DNA of 20,347 nt from Candidatus Heimdallarchaeota archaeon (GCA_019057375.1 DXJF01000028.1:1-20347); one strand, 5' to 3'. Counted from the first letter of the stretch, positions 1 through 8,900 are shown. Numbers and translations are program-made. The notes: generated from the sequence alone by a model not told the origin.

Positions 1-584
1 CCTTGAGTTGTATAAATGTAATAATCATCTAGGCTAAGAGGTAAATGGTTATTTTCAATTAAAAACTCAAAAAATTGTAAGTTTAAGTAGTTTCTTCTTA
101 CTAAATCATAAACTTTCCAATCTGATTCTTGTATAGGTGTTATAATTGGATATAGGGCTTCTTTATACATTTTTAAATCGTGTTTGATTGGTCTGAATTT
201 AAGAGATTCAACATTCCCTTTTACAATCTCATAAACATTTAACTTATCTTTTCTATCTACTGGATAATCAGTTAATACAGGAAGTTTATCGCCCTCTTTA
301 ATATCAAAAGCTAGTTTTACTTCTAAATCACCATCCTTTTCCACTAACATCGGATGGTCCTCTGTGACAGAGATTTTTCTGCCCATTTTTGTATAGAAAG
401 TTAGTATTTTCCCTTTGTATTTCCTCTTAGTGAAATGTTTTACTTCTTCTACTATAGATTTTTGTCCATCAAAAGATATAGCTTGAATATTGTTGTTAAA
501 TTGATATTTTTGATATAATTCTTTGGAAGTAGCAATCTCAGGAGTAGAATTTCCTAATAGGATGAAATCATCTCCTGTTATACA
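1..584 (-). mobile_element. Intein (N-terminal 194 aa visible, runs off the window) inserted after GLGYGGS in Ugd
   Basis: Where CFPKD is expected after GYGGS, the frame reads CITGDDFILLGN (block A, Cys1 at 584-582). It continues RKYKGKILTFYTKMGRKISVTEDHPMLV (block B TxxH, His at 356-354) and DIKEGDKLPV, all typical Hint-domain motifs. The C-terminal blocks and any endonuclease motif are outside the window. Confidence 0.92.
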
Positions 585-1379
585 ACTCCCACCATATCCA
601 AGTCCTGCTCTTAAGAATTTGTCTGAAATTCGGTCATCCATACCTATACCTTTCGCAATGTCTACTATGTCAGTCCCAATTTTTTCAGCAATATTTGCTA
701 TCTCATTAATAAAAGAGATTTTCATTGCCAAAAAGGAATTTGAAGCGATTTTTATCATTTCTGCAGATGTTGGATCAACATAGAGAATAGGGCTATCAAA
801 GCCTTTGTATGATTTTCCAATCATCTCCTGAGATTTTTTATCTATTCCTCCTATTACTATTCTATCAGGTTCCAAAAAATCTCTTATAGCAACACCTTCT
901 CTAAGAAATTCAGGGTTCATTCCTAAACCAAAATCCTTTCCTTCGTTCTTTTGACTAGTTTCTTCTAATATTGGCTTAACGAGATTTACGGTTGTTCCAG
1001 GAGAGCATGTACTTTTTACAACAATTACTTTATACTGATCGTTTTTGCCTAATTCTTCTCCTATTTTCTGCGCAGCATCCCTTAGAAAAGTATAATCATA
1101 AGCACCATCTTCTCGTGTAGGTGTTCCAACGCAGATATAGATTAATTCTGATTCTGCAATTGCTTCACTCATGTTAAGTGTAGCTTTTATGATTCCTTTA
1201 GACACCATGTTTTGAAGCATTTCATCCAGCCCCTCTTCATAAATGGGGGAAACTCCTTCGTTAATTTTCTTTATCTTATCTTCAATAACATCAACACAGA
1301 TTACATTATGACCTTTGCTAGCAAAACAAGTTCCTGTAACCAGACCAACATATCCAGTTCCTATCACAGCTATTTTCAT
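1..1379 (-). CDS. ugd: UDP-glucose 6-dehydrogenase (nucleotide-sugar dehydrogenase family), intein-containing; 3' end lies beyond the window
   Basis: Manual translation from ATG 1379: MKIAVIGTGYVGLVTGTCFA (Rossmann GxGxxG), YICVGTP, VVKSTCSPGTT, GMNPEFLREG, PDRIVIGG, SAEMIKIASNSFLAMKISFINEIANI, GIGMDDRISDKFLRAGLGYGGS. The frame stays open to position 1. It is absent from the ORF track because there is no stop codon in the window. Confidence 0.95.
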   Translation of the reverse strand, partial: MKIAVIGTGYVGLVTGTCFASKGHNVICVDVIEDKIKKINEGVSPIYEEGLDEMLQNMVSKGIIKATLNMSEAIAESELIYICVGTPTREDGAYDYTFLRDAAQKIGEELGKNDQYKVIVVKSTCSPGTTVNLVKPILEETSQKNEGKDFGLGMNPEFLREGVAIRDFLEPDRIVIGGIDKKSQEMIGKSYKGFDSPILYVDPTSAEMIKIASNSFLAMKISFINEIANIAEKIGTDIVDIAKGIGMDDRISDKFLRAGLGYGGSCITGDDFILLGNSTPEIATSKELYQKYQFNNNIQAISFDGQKSIVEEVKHFTKRKYKGKILTFYTKMGRKISVTEDHPMLVEKDGDLEVKLAFDIKEGDKLPVLTDYPVDRKDKLNVYEIVKGNVESLKFRPIKHDLKMYKEALYPIITPIQESDWKVYDLVRRNYLNLQFFEFLIENNHLPLSLDDYYIYTTQ

Positions 1380-1409
1380 TCTTCTCACAACACACTATGA
1401 AGCAAAATA

Positions 1410-1452
1410 TATGAACATTTGTCCAGAAGCTGTCCAGAAATGTCTGTTCATA
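1410..1452. promoter_or_regulatory. Candidate regulatory element in the divergent ugd / HD-gene intergenic region
   Basis: 8-bp inverted repeat TATGAACA (1410-1417) / TGTTCATA (1445-1452) encloses direct repeats TGTCCAGAA at 1420-1428 and 1431-1439 (11-bp period). Confidence 0.35.
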
Positions 1453-1489
1453 CCAAAAAGTTATGAACCCTCACAGCTCATTCTTCCTA

Positions 1490-2800
1490 ATGTCTGTTTA
1501 TAGGTCCATTGCAGATCAAGTTCACAAGTATATTGATATTTATGATAAGGTAATAATTGACATCATTGATACATGGGAGTTCCAAAGATTAAGACGTATT
1601 ATACAGCTTGGTGGAGTTTCAATATCTTATCCTTCAGCAACTCACAGTAGGTTTATGCATAGTTTGGGGGCGCATCATGTTGCAAACAGAATAGGTCAAT
1701 TTCTCAACAAGAAACACCCAACTATCTTGACTGAAGATGAGATTAAACAAGTAAGTTTAACAGCTTTAATCCATGACATAGGGCACGGTCCATTTTCTCA
1801 TATGTTTGAAGATACAACAAAAATGTTATGTAAGAATTATGAAAATTCTAATTGTAATAATAAGTATGGGATATTTCTAAGACATGAGAATATTTCCGAA
1901 CAAATTGTACTTGACGATGAATCAGAGATTGCTGTAATTTTAGAAAAAGAGGGCTACAATAGAAAGCAGATTGGCAATCTTATTCAGGGGAGAAGTGTTG
2001 ATGATAAACCATTTAAAAATCAAATCATAAACTCGCAATTAGATGCTGATGCTCTTGACTATCTAATGAGAGATTCTGTTGCAACTGGTGTATCATTTGG
2101 AATGTACAATCTTGAAAGATTATTTGATATGATGGAATTAACAAAAGATGGAACAATCACTATAAGAGAAAAAGGAGTACAACCCATAGAGCAAGTAGTT
2201 CTAGCATTGTATATGCAGTTTAGCAGAGTTTACTTCCACAAAACAGTTAGATGTTATGAGTACATGTTAAAACTTTTCATTTCTCAATTAATTCAGAAAA
2301 TCGATGAGGGGAAGAACATAGCTAGTCTTCCATTTTTAAAGGATTTTACAGATAAGCCAAATTGGAAAACTTTGATGACACTAACTGATGATGTGATATA
2401 TACACAATTGCATTATTCTGTAGCAAAAGAACAAAATGATGATTTCATCAAGAAATTAGCAAATGAAATACTTCGTAGGAATTTGTTCAAAAGCATTCCA
2501 TTAACAGAAGATATGGCTGCTAAGGTCTTAGAAAATTCAGATAAAATCAATTTCATTGTTAGGAAACATGGTTATCCTACAGTCAGCTGGGATATAGATC
2601 AGTTTGGTAGTAGATATTATACGCCTTATGAAGAAACTGATAGAAATGCTATTATGATCAAAATGAAAGATGGTCAATTGAAACAACTTTCTGAGGTATC
2701 AGATGTCATTGCTAGCTTAACAAAACCCAAGTATAACAATCTGTTAATCTTTCCAGCTCCTTGTAGAAACGAAATCACAAAATTAGTTGAAGAAATATAA
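1490..2800 (+). CDS. HD-domain phosphohydrolase, SAMHD1-like / COG1078-type putative dNTP triphosphohydrolase (436 aa from ATG 1490; the ORF track starts at 1463)
   Basis: Motifs D-QVHKYI, EFQRLRRIIQLG, YPSATHSRFMHSLG, LIHDIGHGPFSHMFE, HE, SQLDADALDYLMRD and VYFHKTVR match this family. Family members usually begin just before the D-x-x-H motif, which favours the start at 1490. Confidence 0.88.
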   Translation: MSVYRSIADQVHKYIDIYDKVIIDIIDTWEFQRLRRIIQLGGVSISYPSATHSRFMHSLGAHHVANRIGQFLNKKHPTILTEDEIKQVSLTALIHDIGHGPFSHMFEDTTKMLCKNYENSNCNNKYGIFLRHENISEQIVLDDESEIAVILEKEGYNRKQIGNLIQGRSVDDKPFKNQIINSQLDADALDYLMRDSVATGVSFGMYNLERLFDMMELTKDGTITIREKGVQPIEQVVLALYMQFSRVYFHKTVRCYEYMLKLFISQLIQKIDEGKNIASLPFLKDFTDKPNWKTLMTLTDDVIYTQLHYSVAKEQNDDFIKKLANEILRRNLFKSIPLTEDMAAKVLENSDKINFIVRKHGYPTVSWDIDQFGSRYYTPYEETDRNAIMIKMKDGQLKQLSEVSDVIASLTKPKYNNLLIFPAPCRNEITKLVEEI

Positions 2801-2818
2801 AAAGAAAAAGAGAAAAAG
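2801..2818 (-). terminator. T-rich tract between convergent genes; probable archaeal oligo-T terminator for the minus-strand zinc-ribbon gene
   Basis: The + strand reads AAAGAAAAAGAGAAAAAG between the stops at 2800 and 2819, which is a pyrimidine/T tract on the minus strand. Confidence 0.4.
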
Positions 2819-3136
2819 TTAGAAATTGTAGTCGTTATCATATTTTCTGTCATTGGTATCGTCAAATTTCTCTTCAACTTGAGGTTGCTCTATGGGTTGT
2901 TGAGCTGGTTGATGGATGGTTTCTGTAAGAGATTCGGTTTCAGAAACAACAATTCTTGCTTCCTTCTCCTTCTTCTTGACTTCTTTCTTGTACTCAAGTG
3001 ATTCATCTTTCAACCCACAGTTCCTACAGTATTGGTATTTCCTTTTTGTGACATCTCCACAATATGGGCATCTTCTAGTTCTTTTAATCACATAAAGACT
3101 GAATTGTCTCCATAAAAGACCACAAAGCACACCCAA
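2819..3136 (-). CDS. Small zinc-ribbon protein with a hydrophobic N-terminus and a charged/QPE-rich tail; start uncertain
   Basis: CPYC-x10-CRNC zinc ribbon, followed by KKEVKKKEKE and QPAQQPIEQPQVEE low-complexity sequence. The ORF track uses TTG 3136, but the frame is open upstream to about 3247 with no ATG/GTG/TTG. Confidence 0.6.
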   Translation of the reverse strand: MGVLCGLLWRQFSLYVIKRTRRCPYCGDVTKRKYQYCRNCGLKDESLEYKKEVKKKEKEARIVVSETESLTETIHQPAQQPIEQPQVEEKFDDTNDRKYDNDYNF

Positions 3137-3258
3137 AGCACCAACTATTTTTACAGCATCCTGTTGTAAAGCTGTTTCAATACAAAGGTATATCCTTTCA
3201 AGAGTTCCTAATGGTTCAACTAGAATTTCAAATGAAAAATGTTCGTATTAAGGCTGTC

Positions 3259-3289
3259 AAAATAAAAAAATTAGGAGAGGTTATCTCCT
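3259..3289 (-). terminator. Hairpin plus T-tract terminator-like element overlapping the stop codon of the 287-aa gene
   Basis: Minus strand reads AGGAGA-TAACC-TCTCCT (6-bp perfect stem, with the TAA stop in the loop), then AATTTTTTTATTTT. Confidence 0.55.
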
Positions 3290-4144
3290 TCTTTTCATTA
3301 GTACTACTAAAACACCAATTCCAAAGAATGCTACCAATCCAGAAACCCATTCAAAATCTAGATTAACTGGGCTTGTGATATTTTGTAAGAGGAAGTTGTA
3401 TTTTATTGAGAATCCCATTGCACTTGCTTTCATATAAATTTTGATTTCTTCAAGTACTCCATCTAGGACATCATAGACAATATCTACAGATACTTCTCCT
3501 GAAACAGTAATTCCTCCTTCTGAAAGTTTCATATCTAAACCAGATTTAACTACCAATTTCTTTGTTGTTAGATCTACTGTGTAGTATACAGTAACACCTG
3601 GTTCAGGTGATTCTGAAATTTCATTTGCTTCTAGTTCGGTATAGAAGAGCTCAAAGAAACTAGAATTTGTTGATCCATATACATAGGTTAATGGTAAAAT
3701 GAATGGAAATATTCCAGCTGCAAATGTGCCATAAAGGAGACCTGTAGTATAATCAAAGAATTCAATATCTGTTGAGTTTTCAGTTATTAGAACATCATCA
3801 AGATAAAACAATGCCCAATCTCCAGAATATGTGAAAAGTTCCTCAGGGTTAGTTAACGGAAGATCATTAAGATTTTGTGTAAGTTTTATCTTAAATACTG
3901 AACCTACTCCCCATTCAACTCCAGCCACTATGTCATAATCTACATCTTCCATGCCTTCAAAGTTGAATGCATTCTTTTTTAACTGCCATTCTAATACAGC
4001 ACCTTCAGTTAATTCATGATGGAAATAAAAACCATCAGGAACGGTTACAGCAGAAGTTTGCAAAGCTATAGGTGCTATAATTAAGAATAACACTGTGACA
4101 ATACCAATTTTTTTCAATTTATTTTTCACCCACTTAGTCTTCAA
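3281..4144 (-). CDS. Secreted/surface protein with an N-terminal signal peptide and a C-terminal membrane anchor (TM plus basic cluster)
   Basis: N-terminus has a basic n-region (KTKWVKNKLKK), a hydrophobic h-region and an ALQTSA cleavage-like site. The core is beta-rich and acidic, with N-x-S/T sequons (NST, NSS, NIT). C-terminus is WVSGLVAFFGIGVLVVLMKRRR. TTG start. Confidence 0.8.
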   Translation of the reverse strand: MKTKWVKNKLKKIGIVTVLFLIIAPIALQTSAVTVPDGFYFHHELTEGAVLEWQLKKNAFNFEGMEDVDYDIVAGVEWGVGSVFKIKLTQNLNDLPLTNPEELFTYSGDWALFYLDDVLITENSTDIEFFDYTTGLLYGTFAAGIFPFILPLTYVYGSTNSSFFELFYTELEANEISESPEPGVTVYYTVDLTTKKLVVKSGLDMKLSEGGITVSGEVSVDIVYDVLDGVLEEIKIYMKASAMGFSIKYNFLLQNITSPVNLDFEWVSGLVAFFGIGVLVVLMKRRR

Positions 4145-4181
4145 AATGAAGACAAGTCTGAAGTTTCATATGTATTTTGTT

Positions 4182-4190
4182 CTATAAAAA
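4182..4190 (-). promoter_or_regulatory. Candidate archaeal TATA box for the surface-protein gene
   Basis: Minus strand TTTTTATAG lies about 40 nt upstream of the TTG at 4144, in a 76-bp intergenic gap. Confidence 0.35.
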
Positions 4191-4220
4191 GGTTTAGAAT
4201 CTATTTTGGAAGTAGCAAAA

Positions 4221-5975
4221 TCACTTCTTCTTGGTTTTTCGTTTTCTCTTACTTTGCTTGATTTGAAGATATTCTGTAACAATTTCCTTCAGGTCGTTCT
4301 TAGTGACTCTACTGTCTTCTAGAATATTACCATCTAGCAAACGAATGTGTCGAAAACCAGGTCGAAGTAGTGTAAGGTCATGTGAGCAAGTGATAATCGT
4401 TGCTTTATTGATTCTAACTATATCCATCAATAAATCCATGATAGAACGTGCAAGGTCTGTATCCAGATTTGCGGTTGGTTCATCTGCAAGAATCACACTT
4501 GTCCTTCTCGTTAAAGCTGTTGCTAGAGCAGCTCTCTGTTTTTCCCCTTCAGATAGTTCTCCAGGATAAGAATCAAGTTTATGATCAATAAAACACTCCT
4601 TTGCTATGGATAAGCTATAATCCTTATCATTCTTACTTCTAGAGAATATATTAGGAAGGATAAAATTATCCTTAATCGGCAAAGGACTGAACAGATTATT
4701 GTGTTGAGTAATATATGCTATATTATTCAATCTAAAGAGTGATACTTGCTTTTCACTTGAATCACTTACGGAGAAATTTTGCACTTTTATAGAACCTTTG
4801 TTTGGTTTGATCAATCCAGCGATGAGATTCAGAAGGGTGGTTTTACCAACCCCTGAAGGACCAGAAATAAAGACAAAATCTCCTTTATCAATGTTTAAAT
4901 CAAGATTTGAAATCACTTCTGTATAACCAGCTCTAGATTGGTAACCTTTTGACAATTTCCCAATTTTAACAATAGGTTTAGCTTTCTCGGGTGGGATGAA
5001 TTCTCTACTCAGAAGCTTCTCAACCTCTTCAAAAGAGACCTGTTCTATTTTCTCATCAAAGTCATCTAAAGGACTAGAAACAATCTCGTAGACTTTTTCC
5101 CTAGTAATTTTTTCAGGATTCCAAAGAAGCCCTACTTTTCGTGATGGATGGGTGTCAAATTCTACAACTTCACCTAAACCAGTAACAGCTTTGATTTCAT
5201 CAGGAATTCGAACATAATTTGATGAGTCCAAATAGGCTCGGTTTAACTCTGAAGCATGTAAAAGAAATTCCAATTCATCTTTACCAATATCCTTTCCAAT
5301 ACCTGCAAGTTTTCCATCTCTGATAACAAAACTTTTCTCGAAAACATTTCTGTATCTAATATCATGTGTAACAACTAGAATCGTTTTTCCCATTTCCAGA
5401 TTGACTTGCTTGATCGTATCTATCATATCTTGCGTGTTCATCGAATCTAATTGACCTGTAGGTTCATCTGCGAGTAAAATTGTGGGATTTTTAGCTAAAG
5501 CAACTCCCATTGACAATCTCATTGCTTCACCACCTGATAATTTATCAACTGTATTCTGCTCAACGTGTTGAAGATTCAGAATTTTTAGTAGTTCATCAAC
5601 CTCTTTCTTAGATTGTTCTTTTGGTAGGAAAAATAGCTTCTTTGGGATCAAGAGATTCTGTCTTACACTTAGATGTGTGAACAGATTCTCACTAGTGAAT
5701 TGGTTAATAATTCCTAGATGATTAAATCTAAATTCTCTTCTTTCAAATTCATCTAGCTTCCCAAAATCCTTTCCATTAATTATTACATCTCCACTAGTAG
5801 GTTGTTCTATACCAGAAAGAATTTTTACAAGAGTGGTCTTGCCAGCTCCTGAAGGTCCGATGATCGAGACAAGCTCACCTTCCTTTACTTTCAAATCCAT
5901 TCCTCTTAACGCTGCAACTTTAAGTTCTGTATCAGAATCATAATAAACTTTTATCACATCATTACATGTTATCAT
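4221..5975 (-). CDS. ABC ATPase with two LolD/MacB-family NBDs joined by an AbrB/SpoVT-like segment (584 aa from ATG 5975; the ORF track starts at TTG 6014)
   Basis: NBD1: GPSGAGKT, LSGGE, LLADEPTGQLD, VVTHD. NBD2: GPSGVGKT, LSEGE, ILADEPTANLD, CSHD. The linker contains RAYLDSSNYVRIPDEIKAVTGLGEVVEF. SD GGAGTGA (5989-5983) lies 7 nt before ATG 5975 and overlaps the upstream stop. Confidence 0.92.
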   Translation of the reverse strand: MITCNDVIKVYYDSDTELKVAALRGMDLKVKEGELVSIIGPSGAGKTTLVKILSGIEQPTSGDVIINGKDFGKLDEFERREFRFNHLGIINQFTSENLFTHLSVRQNLLIPKKLFFLPKEQSKKEVDELLKILNLQHVEQNTVDKLSGGEAMRLSMGVALAKNPTILLADEPTGQLDSMNTQDMIDTIKQVNLEMGKTILVVTHDIRYRNVFEKSFVIRDGKLAGIGKDIGKDELEFLLHASELNRAYLDSSNYVRIPDEIKAVTGLGEVVEFDTHPSRKVGLLWNPEKITREKVYEIVSSPLDDFDEKIEQVSFEEVEKLLSREFIPPEKAKPIVKIGKLSKGYQSRAGYTEVISNLDLNIDKGDFVFISGPSGVGKTTLLNLIAGLIKPNKGSIKVQNFSVSDSSEKQVSLFRLNNIAYITQHNNLFSPLPIKDNFILPNIFSRSKNDKDYSLSIAKECFIDHKLDSYPGELSEGEKQRAALATALTRRTSVILADEPTANLDTDLARSIMDLLMDIVRINKATIITCSHDLTLLRPGFRHIRLLDGNILEDSRVTKNDLKEIVTEYLQIKQSKRKRKTKKK

Positions 5976-5982
5976 TCTTTCA

Positions 5983-8900
5983 TCACTCCAAATTTTTAGG
6001 TCTATATTTGGCAAAATTCCTCTTCATTGATACTATGAATATTGAATAGAATAGCAGTGGAATTCCTAAGAAAATAACCAAACCTACATGATATGGTATT
6101 ATAGTCTTAAATGGTAACCCACCTGAATATGGTGGACTTATGAATATCCAGCTAAATAGACGAAGTAATCCATATCCTCCTGCAGCTCCTATTGCCAATC
6201 CTGGTAGTATGCAAGCTATAAACAGTTCCATTGCTGATAAAAAGACAATCCTATTCGTTGGCAAGCCAATTTTCTTCATTATATCATGTTTGACAACTCT
6301 TCGTTGAAGTATCTTCAAAGGATTACTTAATGAAGTAAATACTACAGCTGCAATACAAATTATAATTCCAAATACAAATTCAGCTACTAACACTGAATAA
6401 AAAGGAATTAAATTGAATAGTCTTACATCAGCCATTTCATTTGTTGTTTGAACTTCAAGTCCCAAATCTGTCTTTAGTTTTGTTGCAAATTCCTCTTGAT
6501 TCACTCCATCTTTAATATTAATCAACAATCTCTCAAATGTTCTTTCGTTTATTTCTATCAAATCAGCGATCAATAGAAAACTCTCCAAAGTCATTACCAA
6601 AGAGTATATTTCTGAGGGTAAATATGGATCATTTTGTTCATCAGAACCTTCATCATAAACTATCGGGAAGTAATTGAAATTCGATACGATGTTATATTGA
6701 ATTAAAGTATCATTCACTGGACCTTCTCTCACAAAATAGTAAATATCCTCTTCATCTGCTAAATATTTATGAAATGGCTCTGATACTAACATTCTTTTTG
6801 TATTATTTAGTTGTACAATTGTAGAATCCCAATCTTCAAACAGGTTCTTCTTAGGCTTATAAGCCGTGGAAAGATAGTCTTCCGTATCATTTAATAAAAA
6901 GAATTCAAAATTATTCCAATGGTAACTTCCTTTTATCTGAGATACATTTGTTATTGATACGATTTCTGAATATCCTAGAAGTTCAGTAGCTAAAGAAGCA
7001 TTATAGTCATCCCAGTTAGTTATATAGATGTCACTTCCTCCGTAGAAATATGCTTCTGCTTTTGTTTTATCTTGAATCAGCATCGGTGAAATTGCAAACG
7101 GTATAACTAAACTTACCAATATTATATACGTTAGGAAAGTGTTGTTGAATAATTTGATATCTGATCTGATCTCAACAAGTGAAAGGGAGAAAAGATTCTT
7201 CCTTATAACCCAAGCAGTCTTACTTAAAGCAATCATGAGAATCTTGTGAATTTCTCTGATAAGCAATCCTGTTCCTAGCAAAGCAATCATAACTCCAATT
7301 CCCATAAGATAGATGAAAATTACTAACAAAGCTGAACCTGATTCTGAGACAATATCAAAGGCATATATACTAAGTAACCAATATGATAGTGTAGTTAATC
7401 CAGCTCCAAATCCTATGGTTAGAAAATAGTGGAATTTGATGTTTTTCATTAGCTGAATAAACTTCCTTGGAGGTTTCTCTACTTTCTTCTTTGTTTTAGA
7501 AATGGTGATGATTCTTGGAACAGAAATAATAACCAATAGCAGGAAAGTTGCACTCATTGCAGCTGGTAAACTTACCAGATTGAGAGAGTAGATAGGGGAA
7601 TCAAATGTAACGAATTTGTTGATCTTGAGTAGCGCTGGAAGTAACAACATATTTACTCCAAAACCTAGGAATGTAGCCACTAACGATTCAAAGAATTTCA
7701 TGGAAGAATAGATGAAAGTTATCATTCCCGTTGAGACTCCTTTTGAACTTAGAATTCTAATTTCTTGCTCAAAACTTGTACTAAATATCTCATTTACTTC
7801 AAATGTCAAGAACAATGCAAGATAAAGAATAGGGATTGATAGGAATATTATCAAGAACTGTGTTGTTTGCATTTCAAATCCTATTCCTGAAAATGTGTAA
7901 ACTAGTTCTCCTAGTACTTCCCATGTTCCATCTTGATCAAACACAAATCGAAAAGGACCATCATCTCTTATTTGGTTTATTTCATCTATAAGCACTTCCA
8001 AATCTTTGGGATCAAATGAACTAAAATCGTATTGAAACTGTACTCTTCCCATCAAATCAAAACTATACGTCGAAATATTCTCAAAATTTTCTAAATAATA
8101 GGGTGTAAATGTAATTAGAGTTGGAAAATAGCTATAAGATATACTTGATATAGGATCTGATGGAAGGTTATGTGCTTCACAGATAGTCTCAAGTAGTGAA
8201 TGGGGTGGTTCGGAATATACTCCTACAACTGTAAGATTCATTTTAGAGAAGTCTACAAATCCAGCATCTGAGCTAGAATTTACAACTAAAACATCATCTA
8301 CTTTAATGTTATAGTAATCTGAAGCATAAGATGAAATCAGTACTTCATTTGTCTGACTAGGCAATCTACCTTCAACAAGTAGTTGATTAATGACAGAACT
8401 ATAGTTCTGTTGAGCCCCAAAATAAACAATCGGAAGATGATCATCATCTCCACTCGAAAAGTTGTATGAAATAAGATATGATTCATAAGCATAATTATAA
8501 CCTGCTATAATACTTGCAAATAAAGACGTTGAAGTTGTTATACGATTCATGATAGCACTCATAGCCATTTCTGTATAATTTTCGTTGATAAAATTCTGTG
8601 CAGATTCAGAAGTTTCTATTAAATTGAAATTATACATAAGTGAGAGATCATTATCATGGTTAAGATTAGCTGATTCTACATACTGCATAACCAGAGTGTT
8701 TCTTTTCGAATCAAACAAAGTAGTACTTGTAACAATTATTGAAGCGAGTATTGTTAAGCCTAAGAGACTTATTAGTAGTCTTTTCTTGTTTGCTTTCCAC
8801 AGTATAAAAATCAAATTTGAAGAATTTTTAATGAACAACCACAAATTGAAGAGGATGAGTTTCCATTTTTCCATATTCGGTACAATAGGTCTAGTTAAGA

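Noticed and set aside
1463-1489. ORF-track start of the HD protein at ATG 1463
   Set aside because: The extra nine residues overlap the likely promoter. Family members begin near the D-x-x-H motif, so 1490 is preferred.
523-1503. Plus-strand ORFs 523-783, 1212-1400 and 1315-1503
   Set aside because: Antisense shadows of the intein-containing ugd gene or overlaps of the promoter region, with no recognisable motifs.
2674-2877. 67-aa minus-strand ORF
   Set aside because: Overlaps the ends of two better-supported genes and has no coding features.
5976-6014. TTG 6014 start for the tandem ATPase; likewise GTG 17894 and GTG 17118 for the LolD-like and PadR-like genes
   Set aside because: In each case a downstream ATG has a well-placed SD. 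The GTG codons are part of the GGTGA/AGTGA SD itself, and TTG 6014 lies inside the upstream gene.
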